Made by a program: the position numbers and the translations under genes. Shown here piece by piece: positions 27,137-39,751 of a stretch of 64,000 nt of DNA (position 1 is its first letter; each line of letters opens with the position of its first letter). This DNA is from Scenedesmus sp. PABB004 (lineage: Eukaryota), in NCBI GenBank assembly GCA_014905635.1, contig JABVCE010000021.1, positions 1-64,000 on the forward strand, written 5' to 3'. The notes under the pieces are model-generated. The model was not told the origin of the DNA, ran no database searches, and saw nothing but the letters and a program-made list of their open reading frames with translations.

Positions 27137-30100
27137 ATGACGACAGAGCTGCCCTACAAGGCTGAGGGCGACGGCGGCGCGATCGCCGTGGCTTCGCCGC
27201 CCGCTGGCGCGCCAGCAGCTGCGCCGCCACCGGCGCCGCTGCGCGCGGCGAGCATCCCCGTGGAGGGGGGCGCCGCGCCGCGCAAGCCGCGCACCTCAGC
27301 GACCGGCTCGGCGCAAGCCGGCGGCCGGGCGCCCGCGCCGCGGGCGGCACCGGCCGCGGACGTCGAGGAGCCCACAGCGGGCGAGCAGGGGCAGGCAGCG
27401 GCGGCGCCGCAGCGCGCCGTGGAGCTGCGCGTGGACCTCGGCCAGCTGGTGCTGGAGGCTCTGGTGGCGCCTGGCACCACGCCGCAGCAGCTGCAGGTCG
27501 CCATGGCCACCGCGGAGGCGAGCGCGCGGGCGGCGGGGACCGCCGCGGCGGCAGCCGCGGCGCAGGCGGTGCTGGGCGCGCTGGCACCCGCTGGCGGGGG
27601 CCAGGACCAAGCCGGCGGCGCGCTGCAGGCCGCGCTGCAGGCCGCTGCATGCCGAGGCGGCAGCGACTGCGAGCGAAAGCAGCTAGCACGGGCGCGTGGC
27701 ACGAGCAGCGCGCGTGGCACGGGCCGCAGCGGCCACACGCCGGCCGCCACGCAGCCCGGCGCGCCCGCTGCGGCTGGCGGCGCGGCGGCAGCGGCGGCGC
27801 GGCGGGCGCCCCGGCGGGCGGCAGCGGCTGAGGCCGCGAAGCGGCGGCGGGGCGCGACGGACGACGACGAGGAGTCGGAGGAGGAGTGGGAGGAGACGGA
27901 CAGCGACGCCTCTGAGGCCGCCGCGGCGGCGCGGGCGAGGGCGAGGCGCCGGCGCACCGGCGGGGCGCGCAAGCGCCCCGCGGCCGCGCCCGCAGCCGCG
28001 CCGGCCGGCGGGGGCGGTGCCGCCGGGGCGCGGACGAGGGCGCAGGCAGCAAGCAGCAGGCCAAGGGCCAGGGCGGCAAGCAGCGCGCGGCGCGCAGCGC
28101 CGCGGTGCAGCGCGCGCCCGCCGCCAAGCAGGCAGTGGCGGCAACGCCCGCAGCGCAGGCCGCGCAGGGGGAGCAGGGCGAGCCGCTGGCGGCGGACCCC
28201 GAGCCGGCGCCGGCGGCGGCGCCGGCGGCGGCGGCTGTGCCGGCAGCGCCGCCGCCGGCGGCAGCCGCTGGCGCTGGCGCCAGCGCCGGCGAGCTGGCCC
28301 TTCCCGAGCACGCCGTGCCTGGCTTCCCGCCCAACGCGCTGACCGCGCCCGACGCGGAGCTGGCGGCGGCCGAGGCAGGCCTGCCGCGCCTGCCGCCGGG
28401 CGCGGGGCAGCTGCGGCAGTCCACCGCGGGCGGCAGCTTCGCGGCCAACGTCGACTGCGCGGACTTTTGCGAGGGCCAGCAGACGGGGCACCACGCCAAG
28501 CTCTTCCGCCGCCGGGTGCGCGCGCCGCGCCGCCGGCCTCGGCCGACACCGTGCAGCGCGCACACTGTGCAGCCGCCGGCCCCCGCCACACCCAGCCCCT
28601 TCCCCTCCTCCCCGCCTGCCGAGGGCGCAGGCCGACGGCGAGTGGGAGCAGCTGACGGCGTCGTGCCACGACTGCCAGTACCAGCACGTGCGCTGGCGCT
28701 GCCCCGCGCCGGGGCACGGGCAGCGCAGCGCGAGCTTCTGCAACCGCTGCCTCCTGTCGCGCTACCGCCACACCTCGCTGCCGGTGGCGGACCTGCACGT
28801 CGCCTGCCCGCTGTGCCGCGGCATGTGCACCTGCAAGGCCTGCCTGCGCCAGGGCGAGCACGCGGGGCGCCTGCCCACGGGCGAGTGGGGCGGCCCCGAG
28901 CTGGCACGCTACGGGCGGTACACGCTGGCGCTGCTCGGCCCGCCCCTGGCGGCCTGGCTCGACGCGCAGGCCGACGAGGTGCGCGCCGGCGCCCGCGCGC
29001 CGGCCGCGCGCCGCCCGCGAGCGCGCCGCCCGCGAGCGCGCCGCCGCCCGCGAGCGCGCCGCCGCCCGCTCGCCGCCCAGGCGGGCGCGGCGGGCTTTGC
29101 GCGCCTGGAGGACGTGCCGGTGGACGGCCTGGCGACCCAGGAGCGCTCCAACTGCGACCGGTGAGGGGCGCGCGGCGCGCGGCGCCGCCGCCGGCGCAGC
29201 AGCCGCTGTGCGCGCGCGTGCGATGCGCTGCCCCGACCGCGCGCGCCGCGCCCGCCGCCGCAGCTGCGCGACCAACCTGGTGGGCATGTCGGCTCACTGC
29301 CCCGACTGCGGCTGGGACCTGTGCGGCAGCTGCCTCAAGGACCTGCGGCAGCACGGCCTGAGCGCCGCGGCCGACCAGCGCGGCGCGCCGGCAGCCGACG
29401 CAGCGGACGCAGCCGGCGGCGGCGCGCCTACCTGGACCTGCTGCAACCCGACCTGCAGCAGCACGGCGCCGCGCGGCGACGCGGCAGCAGCCCCCGGGGG
29501 GCTCGCCGCCGAGCCTGGCGCCACGCAGCAGCCGCCCGCGGGGGCGGCGGGCGGCGCGGCGCTGCCAACCGACGAGCGCGGCGGCGCGCTGTGGTGCCAG
29601 CCCGGCGCCGCGGCGCTGGTGGCGCGCGTCATCCTGCCGGCGGACCTGCTGGACGGCGCGGAGCAGGGCACGGCCGAGGAGGAGGAGGAGGAGGTGGAGG
29701 AGGCGGAGGCGGCGGTGGAGGAGGGCGGCGGCACGGGCGCGGACGGGGAGCACGGCGGCGCGCAGCAGCCGCGCAGCGGCAGCGGCCGTGCGGTGCTGGC
29801 GAAGCTGCGCGAGCTCGCCGAGGTGGGCGGCCGCGCGCGCGGTGTGGCCGCGGCGTGGGCCGCTTGGCGGACAGGCCACCGCTGAGCCCCTCCTGCCCGC
29901 CACGCCGCGCCGCCGCGCCGCCGCGCCGCCGCGCCGCCGCGCCGCCGCAGCCGTACAAGGGCGTCACCCCCGCAGACGCCAAGGCCCGCCTGACGCTGGC
30001 GGACTGCCCCTTGCTGCCCGCGGGCGCCGAGGTGCCGCGTGGCGCAGGCGGCGAGGCGCTGACGCTCGATGTGCTGCGCGGCGAGCGCTGGTGGGAGGCG

Positions 30101-32858
30101 CTGCCGGCGGCGGTGCGGGACGTGTGGCGGCGCCGCGCGGGCAGCGCCACCTGGCTCTTCACGCCCGCCGTCGAGGACCTGGAGCTGCCGGCACCGGACG
30201 GCGCCGGCGGCGGCGCCGGTGACGACGACGGCGCCGGCGGGCTGCCGCGGCACGAGCGCGTGCTGCTGGCGCGCTGCGTGTGGTGGGCGCGCTGGCTGGT
30301 GGGCGACCCGGTGGTGGTGCGCGGCGCCAAGGTGCGGGGCGCGCGCCGGGGCCGCGCGCGGGGCGCACGCTTGCGCGCGCCGACGCCGCGCGCCGACGCC
30401 GCGCGCCGCCGCCTCGTTCCGCCGCCTCGCTCCGACGCCGCGGTCAGGGCCGCGTTCCGTGGGACCCGTCCACGATGCTGCGCGCGGTGCGCGAGGTGGG
30501 CGAGGCGGAGGACCGCGTGACGGTCATTGACTGCGCCGACTTCCACGTCGCACCGGGCGTCCGGCCGACAGCCTTCTTCAAGGGGTGAGCCCCCTGAGCC
30601 CCCTGAGCCCTCCCCTGTGGGGGAAGGGGAGGGCGAGACGCGCCCGCCGCGCCCGCCGCTGCCCCGCCCGCCGCGCCACCCCCGACGCCGCGCGCCGCCG
30701 TGCCGTGCCGCGCTGCCGCGCCGCAGCTACTCCGCTGGGTTCTGGCCCGGCCGGCGCGACGCGCGCCGCGACGCGGGCCCGCCGCCCGACGGGGGCGCGC
30801 CCGGCGGCGCCGGCGCCTCCGGCGGGGCGGGTCCTGGGCCGCGGCCGGCGATGCTCAAGGTCAAAGACTGGCCGCCGGGGAACGACTTTGGGCGCGAGCT
30901 GCCGCGGCACATGATGGCGCGCGCGCGGGGCAGGGGGCGCGGCGCCGCGCGGCGCGGCGCGCGGTGTCCGGGGGGCGCGCCGCGGCTCGCGGCGCCGGGC
31001 CGCGCAGGGCTTGACGGCTGCGCCGCCGCGCGGTTTGGTTTGGTCGCAGGACTTCATTGAGCGCCTGCCGCTGCGGTCGTACAGCGACCCGCGGCGGGGG
31101 TGGGGCCCGCTCAACCTCGCGGGCGCGCTGCGGGCGCGCGACAACCCCACCGACCTGGGCCCCAAGTGCTACCTCGCGTACGGCCGGCACGCGCCCGCGC
31201 CGCCCGGGGGCGAGGGCGACAGCGCGACCAAGCTGCACCTCGACATGACAGACGCGGTCAACCTGCTCGTCGACACACACCCAGGCGGCGACGCGCTCTG
31301 GCGCGCGCGCGCGGCCGCCGCCGCCGCCGGCGCGGGCGGCGAGCCGGGCGCGGGCGACGGCCCGCCGCCGCGGCCGCTCGTGGTGGTGCGCTGCGGCGAC
31401 GCCGAGGCGGACGCGCCCGGGTGCGGCCGCCGCCGCGCGCCGCCGCGCGGCCGCCGCGCGGCCGACGGCGCGGGCCGCCGCGGCACTGCCGCCGCCGCGC
31501 CGGTGAGGCGCGCGCGCCCCCTGACGCGGCGCCGCCCCGCGCGCCGCCGGTCGCAGCTTTGGCGGCGCGGGCGCGGTGTGGGACATCGTGCGGCGGGGGC
31601 ACGTGCCCGAGCTGTGCGCCTTCCTGGCGGCGGCCGCGGGCGAGTTCACGCACATGGGCGGCCCCGTCGACGGCGCGGCGCTGTCCGGCGGCGGCGCGGC
31701 CGGCGCGGTGATGAGCCAGGCATTCATGCTCGCCGCGCCGCACCGCGCCGCGCTCGCGGCGGGCGGCGTGGCGGTGCTGACGTTTGAGCAGCACGCCGAC
31801 GAGGCGGTGTTCATCCCCGGGGGCTGCCCCCACCAGGTCCGCAACCTCGCGTCCTGCTGCAAGGTGCGTGCGCGTGCGCGTACACGGGAGCGGCGCGCGG
31901 CGGCGGGCGCCCCCGGCCCGCGGCGCGGCGCGCGCCGACGGCCCCTCCGCCGCAGGTCGCGGTTGACTTTGTGTCCCCCGAGAACCTGGCCACCTGCCTC
32001 GAGCAGCGCGGGCGGCTGCGAAAGCTCGACCTCGCTCGCGGGCAGCAGCTCCAAGTGAGCGCGGCGCCGCCCCCGACGCGCGCCGCCCTGCGCGCGCGCG
32101 GCCCCACGCTGCGCCGCGGCCCCGCGCCGCGCCGCGCCGCACGTCAGGCGCCGCCGACGGAGCGTGAGTACGCCGAGAAGCTGCAGAGCCAGCTCATCCT
32201 GCTGCGCGGCGCGCTCGCGGCGGCCGGCCTGGCGGCGCAGCCCCAGGTGCGGCCGGCGCGGGAGCCGGAGCTGCCCACCGCAGCCATGGCCGCGCAGCGC
32301 CGCGTCACGGGCGCGCGACGCGCGACCGAGCGCGGCCAGGCGCGGCGCGGCGCCGACGACGGCCGCGAGGGCGGCGGCGGCAGCGACGCCGGGGACAAGC
32401 AGGCGGCGCCGCCGCCCGGGCGGCGCAGCCGGCCGGCTGGCGCCCAGGCGGGCGGCCAGGGCGGCGACGGCGCGCAGCGCAAGCGCTCCCGCAGCGGCGT
32501 TGCGCGCAAACGGCCGCCGCCGAAGGAGTGCGGCGGCGACGCGGGCGGCGCGCAGCCCGACCAGGCAGCCAAGGAGACGGGGGCGGGCAGCGCCGAGGCC
32601 GGCGCCGAGGCGGGCGGCGACGCGGGCGGCGACGCAGGCGGCGAGACGGGCGGCGCCGCCGTTGAATACGGTGTAGGGACTGTGCGCACGTGCGCAGTTG
32701 CAGGGACGGGGCGGCACGGCGTAAAGCGACGCGTGTGCAGGTGCACGCGCAACCTGGTCAGCGGCTCGCCGGCGTCACACCTCGCGGCCCACTGCGTGCC
32801 AGGAGGCCTCCTCCCCCTCAGTGCGTGCGCAGCAGGTAGCCGCCCGCGTTGCTGCTGA
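27137..32858 (+). CDS. JmjC histone demethylase, KDM3/JMJD1 class (plant JMJ25/IBM1-like), with Cys-rich zinc-finger regions
   Basis: SCHDCQ...FCNRCLLSRY...CPLCRGMCTCKACLR; CDRCATNLV..HCPDCGWDLCGSC; MLKVKDWPP; DLGPKCYLAYG; DSATKLHLDMTDAVNLLV; GAVWDIVRR; EAVFIPGGCPHQVRNL..CKVAVDFVSPEN, with Fe ligands HxD...H intact. Both ends approximate. Confidence 0.92.
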
Positions 32859-35116
32859 AGAGCGGCGGCTCCGCCAACGTGTCGACGCGGAACTCGGGGT
32901 GCCGCGCCAGCCAGGCCTTCACCGCCGCCACGGGGCCCGGGTCGGGCTCGCCGCTCCAGCGGCTTAGGCGTGTGTCCTGGCAAATGCATAAACTGCCGGG
33001 GGTGACCAGGGTGCAATAGGCCTCGAGCTCGGCCGCGACGTGCGTCGCCGAGTGCAGGCTGTCCAGGATGACCAGCACGCGCAGCGCCCGCCCCGCGCCC
33101 TCGCCCTGGCCCTCGCCCTCGCCCGCCAGCCGCCTCTGGGGGACCCGGCTGCGCGCGGGCCGGGCGGCCGTGCTGCGCAGCAGCCGCGCCGCTTGCACCC
33201 CCGCCGGCGCCGCGCCGTGCTGCTCCGCCGGCCGCCCGGGAGCTGCCACGGCGCCGGCCGGCGCGGCCGCGGGCTCTGCCGAGGGCAGGGGCACGGCCGC
33301 GGCGCCGCCGCGCGCGAGCGCGAGCTGCGCGTCGTGCAGCGCGCGCACCACGGCCGCGCGCACGTGGGGGTCTGTGCTGTCGCCCTGGACGAAGGTCACG
33401 AACCGCCGCCACAGCGGGTGGTCCACCGCGCGCGCCTGCGCCCGCTCCACGGGCGAGGCGAGCACCCAGGCGCTGGCGCCGGGCGGGGGCTGCGGCTGCC
33501 GGTGCGGGCCCTCGTCGGCGCCAAACGCCTCGGCGCTGCTCGGCGGCTGCATGTCGATGGTGACCACGCGGCTGCCGCGCAGGCCGGCCAGCTCGAGCAC
33601 GCTCGCCCAGACGAGCGCGGAGCCGCCGTTGGCGGTGCCCGTCTCAATGATGACGTCCGGCTTGACCGCGACGATGACGTCAGCGATGGCCATCAGGTCG
33701 GCGGGCGCCTGCATCGCCGACACACCCAGCCAGCGCTGGCGGAGGAACACCTCGCGCATCTGGCGGCGGCCAGGGCCAGGGCCAGGGGAGGGCGCGGAGC
33801 GGCGGTCACTGCCGCGCGCCGGCCGGCCGGCGCAGCGCACCCCGCGCGCGCGTCCCTGCCGGGCGTGGGCGCTGCCGCGGACCTCACCTGGTACAGCACT
33901 TCCGCCAGCATCAGCACTGCGCCCTCGTCGGTGCTGCCCGTGCCAGCGGCGTGCCACGCCGGGTCGCGCGCGCTGCGCGGCGGCGCGGGCGGGCGGTGAG
34001 GGCGCGCGCGTGCGCGGCTCGGCCCGCGCGCCCGCCCCCTTGCGTGCGCGCGCGCCGGGGGCGCACCGGGCCGCCAGGAAGGCGCCATAGCTGGCCGCGC
34101 CGCCCCAGCCTGCGGTGCTGGTGGTGCAAAGCCCCGGGCCGCCGACGACCGCGGCGGCAATGCTGGCGATCGGGGCGTGCGCTTCGGCCATCAGTCCCGT
34201 GGCGGCGAGCAGCGCGGCGCCGTCCCTCGCGCCGTCCCTCCCGGGACAGCCGGGCAGGGGCAGGTCTGCAAGCTCCAGCCGGAGCTCTGCCGGCATGCCT
34301 GGGCCGGGGCGGCGCGGGCGGGCGGGGCTGCCACGGAGAGGGCCGGCGGCGCGCCGGCGGCGGCGCCGCGCGGCGCGCACCTGGGCAGGGCACCGCGGGC
34401 CCCCGCGTGTCCAGGGCCACCAGGTAGCGCGCCAGCACGGCCATCAGCGCGGGGCCCCACGCCGCGTAGCCCGCGTCGCCCACCACGGAGCGGGACGGCG
34501 AGGCCGGGCGGCCACGCAGCGCCGCCCACCACGGCTTGGCGGGGTCGAGGTCGCCCGGCGCCACGCCGCGCGCCGCCGCGGCCGCGGCGACCAGGTCGCG
34601 CTCCAGGCGCGCGCGCAGCGCCGCGAGCTGCACCTCGGGCGCGTGCGGGAAGACCTCACGCAGGCACGTGAAGCACCGCTGCGGCGCCCAGGTGACGCCG
34701 CCCGACCAGGCGCGCAGGCCCAGCAGCTCTACCAGGTCCAGGCACAGCGTGCCAGGTTGGTGCTGCTCCTGGGCGCCGGCGCTGGCGTTGGTGGGCACGG
34801 CGGCGGTCGCGTTGGTCGCCGCGACGGCGCCGCACGCGCTGGGCGCTGTGCCCGCCGCGCTGGGCGCTGTGCCCGCCGCGCTGGCCGCTGTGCCCGCCGC
34901 GCTGGCCGCTGCGCCGCCGCCAGGCTCCGCGCCGCCAGGCTCCGCACTGGCTGCAGCGTGGCGCGCAATCAGCAGAGAGCGCAGCGAGTCGTTCTCCGCG
35001 CGCAGCGCGCCGAGCTGGGCGGCAGTCTGGCTGTGCAGGCTGCACCCGGCGAGCGCCACCGCGGCGAGCGCGCAGGCCCCGAGCGCAGCGAACAGGCGTC
35101 CCCGCAGCTGCGCCAT
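32818..35116 (-). CDS. CmcI/cephalosporin hydroxylase-like (rhamnosyl O-methyltransferase family) SAM-dependent protein with N-terminal signal anchor
   Basis: WLGVSAMQAPADLMAIADVIVAVKPDVIIETGTANGGSALVWA, VQGDSTDP, VLVILDSLHSATHVAAELEAY, VTPGSLCICQDT, SSNAGGYL. Hydrophobic N-terminus plus coiled coil. Confidence 0.85.
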
Positions 35117-35429
35117 GCGACTGGCGGGCGGTCGCGGCGGGAACCGTCCGTGCTGGAACCGCGCCGGCGGGGCGGCGCCAACCGCCGCCAGCCAAACGCA
35201 CGGCTGCGAGGAAAGCCCCTGACGCCCGCTGCGGCTGTCTTGTGGACCTGGCGGTCGGTGAGGAGAGCGATCGCGGGCTCTGTGCAGCCTTTACTGCGTG
35301 GCGGGCGCGCGTGACGGCGTCACCTGACGCGCCGCCGCTGGTGTGCCCGCGGTCTGGGACCGCCGCCCGAGTCCAGCACCCCTGCTCAATTGCCCGACCG
35401 CGCCCCGGTCACTCCCGTCACAGCCAGCG

Positions 35430-36461
35430 TCACAGCTCGACCAGTGCGTCTCGCCAGCCGCGCCGCGGCCGGCCGACGAACAGCGACAGCGCGACCCGGG
35501 CGAGCAGCAGCCGGCGCAGCCAGCACCCGTACCAGCCCCACCCGTGTCGCCGCCGCGCCCGCCTGCTGCTGCTGCCGCCCTCACTGCCCTGCCTCGCCGC
35601 CGCGGGCACGAGCTGCCGCTCTAGCTGCGCGCCCGCCAGGCTGCCGCCGCCGCCGCTGTGCGTGCGCTCCTTCTGTGCCTCCTCCTCGCCGCCCTCCTCG
35701 CTCAGCTCCTCGCTCAGCTCCACGCTCATCTGTCCCGCGGGCCGCAGCAGCAGGTCCGCGAGCAGGTCGCCCAGCCCCACCGCGCCGCCGCCGCCCGGCC
35801 CAGCGGCGCAGGGCGCCGCCGCCGCGCGCGCCGCGAGCTCCCGCCGCCGGCCCAGCGCCGCGTGCAGGCGCCGCCAGAGCGCCTCGTCCTCGGGCGCCGG
35901 CGGCACCGCCGCCAGCGCGGCCGCCAGCTGCCCCGCGGCCGCCGCGCGCGCGAGGTCGGCCAGCGCGGCGACCTCGCCCGGGGCCGCGCCCGAGCGCAGC
36001 GCCTCGTCCACCAGGGCGTCGCTGAAGAGCGCGCCGCTGCCGTACGACGCCTCAAACGCCGGCCAGGTCGCCGACGCGGCCGACGCGGGGCTCGCGGCCC
36101 GCCCGCCGCCGCCCGTGAGCAGCGCGTGCGCCGCCGCGAGCGCAGCAAAGCGCGCGTTGGCCTCCGCGTCGCGCGTCTTGTCCGGGTGGGCGCGCAGCGC
36201 CAGGCGCTTGTACGCGCGCCGCACGTCGTCGCGGCTCGCCCCGGGCGCGAGGCCCAGCAGCGCGAGCGCGCCGCCGACGGTCGTCGGGGCCGGCACGGCG
36301 CCCGCCGGCGGCGGCGGCGGCTGCTGCTGCTGCGACTGCTGCGGCCGCGGCAGCGGCTGCTGCTGCTGTTGCTGTGACTGCTGCTGCTGCTGCTGCGGGC
36401 GCGGGTGGCCAGGCTGCGGCGCCGCCGCGCCCGCCGTTGCCGGCCGCTGCTGCGCCGCCAT
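35430..36461 (-). CDS. DnaJ-domain protein with C-terminal hydrophobic segment, apparently intronless
   Basis: ATG 36461 (MAAQQRP); LLGLAPGASRDDVRRAYKRLALRAHPDK with the HPD motif. Confidence 0.85.
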   Translation of the reverse strand: MAAQQRPATAGAAAPQPGHPRPQQQQQQSQQQQQQPLPRPQQSQQQQPPPPPAGAVPAPTTVGGALALLGLAPGASRDDVRRAYKRLALRAHPDKTRDAEANARFAALAAAHALLTGGGGRAASPASAASATWPAFEASYGSGALFSDALVDEALRSGAAPGEVAALADLARAAAAGQLAAALAAVPPAPEDEALWRRLHAALGRRRELAARAAAAPCAAGPGGGGAVGLGDLLADLLLRPAGQMSVELSEELSEEGGEEEAQKERTHSGGGGSLAGAQLERQLVPAAARQGSEGGSSSRRARRRHGWGWYGCWLRRLLLARVALSLFVGRPRRGWRDALVEL

Positions 36462-36891
36462 CGCGCCGGGTTCTGCTGTGTGGCGCGAGGAGTGGCGCGA
36501 GTTCGGTGGCCGTTGTTTCGCGCAGGGGAGCGCCTGCGAATGCCTGGTGCCCGCTGAGGGCGCTGCTCCTGGGGCGCCGCCGCCGGGGTGCCCGGCGGTG
36601 CAAGCGCAGTGTTCGCGCTCGCCCCCCTGTCGCCGCCGTCCCACAGCGCAATCCAGGAGACCTCCGGGCAATCGCTCATCGTTGCGTTGCGCCCGTGACC
36701 TTCAGGCGGCGGCAGCACACGGCCGCCGCGCAGAGCGAGCAGCCACCCTGCGCCGCCAGGCGCGCCTCATGACCGCCAGACCGTGCACACACACATGAAG
36801 TTGGCGGCGTGAGCGCGGCGCGGCCGCATCCGCCGGCGGGGGCGCGCAGCAGCGCCGGCCGGCCGGCGCGGGCGGCGCTGCGCGGCGCGCG

Positions 36892-39751
36892 ATGCGGGTG
36901 CCTCCCGTGCGGCGCAGCCGCCTGGTGGGGGCGGCCCTGGTGGCGCTGCTGGCGTGCGGCACGGCGCTGGCGGCCGGGGCGCACACCGGCGCGCACGAAG
37001 GTGCGCGCGCTCGCCGGCGCGCGGTGGCCGGCGCGCGGTGGCCAGCTCGCGCCGGCCCTGGCGCGCGCTCACGCCGCCGCCGCCGCCGCCCCTGCAGGCT
37101 GCGGGCAGCACCACCCGCTCGTGGCGGCGCAGCACGCGCAGCTGCGGCGGCGCCTCGCGCAGCAGGGGGAGCCGGCCGCCGGCGGCGGCGGCGGGCGCGG
37201 CTCGCCGTCGCCGTCGGCGCTGCGCATCGTGCCGGTGTACCAGCTGAGCGGCCTGGAGCCGGGCGACGCGGCGCGCGTGTCGCAGCAGCTCGTGCCCGCG
37301 GCCATCGCAGTGCTGGCCCGCTCAATCAAGGTGCGTCGCGCGCGGGGCGGCCTTTTGAGGGGCGGCGCCCGCGGGGCGCCCCGCCCGCCAGGGCCGGCGG
37401 GGCGGCGGCGGCGGCGGCGGCGGCTAGGGCGCGACCTGAGAAGGGCGGGCGGCCGCGCCACGCTGCGCCCCGCCCTGCGCCCCGCCCTGCGCCGCGCCGC
37501 GCCGCGCCACGCCGCGCGCCACGCCGCGCCGCGCCGCGCCGCGCAGGTGCTGCGGCCGCCGCGCGGCGGGCTGCTCAAGGCGTCTGCGCTGTTCGGCGAC
37601 GGGCAGCAGACCTGCCTGAGCAGCCGCGTGGACGCGTACGTGGCGCGCGCGGGCGTGTCGGGCGCTGACCTGGTGCTGTACGTCACCTCCGACGCGCCCA
37701 GCTGCCTGCCCGGCATGGTCGCGGTCGCGACCGCGTGCGACGTCGACCCCGGCACGCGCCGGCCCACGCTCGGCGCCCTCAACGTCTGCCCCGGCGCGCT
37801 CGGCGGCCTGGCCGGCCTCGCGCCGGGCAGCGAGGCCGAATCAGAGGCTCTGGGGCGCCTCGTAGAGGTGGCGGTGCATGAAGCTATTCATGTGCTGGGG
37901 TTCGGGGCCACGTACTACCCAGACTGGCTGCGCGCCAACGGCACCCGCTACGGCGAGCGCGACGTCGTGCGACAAGTGCGGGGGCGCGCGCGCTGCACCG
38001 CCGCGCTGCGCCGCCGCGCTGCACCGCCGCTCCGCCGGCGCGCCGCCGCCGGCGCGCCCTGCGCCGACGCCGTCCGCCGTGCGGCGGGCCCCAGGTCGAC
38101 GGGCGGCCGTACCTGGTCACGCCCAAGGTCACCGCGGTGGCGCGGGAGTACTTTGGGTGCGCCAGCCTGCCGGGGGCGCCGCTGGAGAACGAGGGGCCGA
38201 GCTTCAGCGCGGCGAGCCATTTTGAGTACAGATTAATGCAGCGAGAGCTCATGGGCCCGGCGCGGCCCATCGACCGCAGCCGCACGCGGCTCTCGGCGTT
38301 CACGCTCGCCGCCCTGGACGACACCGGGTGGTGCGCCGCGCGCGCGCCCGCTCGGCCGCGCAGGCAGCGGACGCGGCGCGCCGCCGCGCTCGGCCGCGCG
38401 TGCGCGCGCGCTCACCCGCTCCCCCCCCACCCGCCGGCCCGCGTGCCCGCCCGCCCGCGTGCGCGCCCACCCCAGGTACGTGATCGACTACAGCCACGCG
38501 GAGCCGCTGGAGTGGGGCCGCGGCGCGGGGTGCGCCTTTGTGCGCCGCAGCTGCTGGGACTACGCGCGCGCGACGCCAAACCAGCCGTACTTTTGCGGCG
38601 CGGGCGCGACCAACGCAACGCGCTGCACGCCTGAGGCGGCGGGCTGGGGCGTGTGCCGCGCATCGGCGTTTTCTGACAACTGTCTGCTGGTCGGCAAGTA
38701 CGCCGCCGCTGGGCCGGCCGCGGCGGTGCCCCGCGGCACGCCGCCCGGCGCCGCCGACGGGCGCGAGGCGCGCTGCTACAGCCCGCCGCAGCTCGCCGCG
38801 CTCGCCGGGGCGCCGGGCCGCGCCGGCGCGGCCGGCTCGCCGCTGCTGCCCTTCCTGGGCGGCAGCTTTGGCGCGGCGCGGCGCGACATCTGCTACAACC
38901 TGCTCGCGCCCGCGGCCGGCCGCGACGGGGCGCGGGCCGGGGGCGCCGTCGCCATTCGCGACGGCCGCGGCGCGCTGCCAGAGGACCTCGCGGCCGCGGC
39001 GGCGGCGGCCAAGCAGGCCGGCGGCGCCGGCGGCGGCGGCGCGCCGCAGGTGCGGCCGCCCAAGGAGCGCGGCGCGGCGGGCCCCGGCCCGCTCCCTGGC
39101 GCCGGGTTTGTGTTGATTGACGAGCTGCTGCCCCCGGCCCACAGCCAGCACGCCGGCGGCGCCGAGCGCGCGGCGTCGGCGGCGCGCGTGGCCGCCGCGT
39201 GCGTCAGCGTGCCGCCGCACGCCTCGCCCGGCGCCAGCAGCCGGCGAGGCGCGGGGCGGCGCCTGCTGGCGGCGCTGGCGGCCGCGCTCGGCGACAGCGG
39301 GCGGCGCCTCGCCGCGGCGGCGGCGGGCGCGGGGGCGGCCGCCGCGGCCGGCCCGGGCGCCCGCGCTGGCGCCGCCGCCGCCGCGGCGGGCGCCGGGGCG
39401 TGCACAAGCTCGCCCGTGCTCTGCTTCCGCAGCAGCTGCACGCCCGGCGGGCAGCTGCTCATCACGGCGGCGCCGCCGGGCGGCAGCGGCGCCGGCACGC
39501 GCTTTGCGTGCCCCAGCGGCGCGGTGGTCGACCTCGCGGCGGCGCTGCCCGGACAGTACACCTGGGGTTTTCTGCAGTGCCCCAGCAACGCGCTCGTGTG
39601 TGAGGCCATGGGCTGCGAGCGCTGCAGCGGCAGCGGCGGCTACTGCGCGCGCGGGCGGTGCGTGTGCCACATGGAGCGATACGGCCCCGGCTGCGCGGGC
39701 ACGCTGGTGCCGCGCCTCCAGGGCGCCGCGCCGTCGTCGTCGGCGGGGTGA
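36892..39751 (+). CDS. Leishmanolysin-like metallopeptidase (M8/GP63) with signal peptide and C-terminal EGF-like module
   Basis: ADLVLYVT, RPTLGALNVCP, HEAIHVLGF (HExxH), AREYFGC...GAPLENEG, SHFEYRLMQRELMG, TLAALDDTGWY, WGRGAGCAF, CSGSGGYCARGRCVCHMERYGPGC. The stop overlaps a GTGAGT, so a further exon is possible. Confidence 0.9.

Noticed and set aside
37838..38250. A/T-ending codon patches around the M8 HExxH motif as a sign of foreign DNA
   Set aside because: The patches are short and in frame with normal host introns. Weak codon bias in a lowly expressed gene is sufficient.
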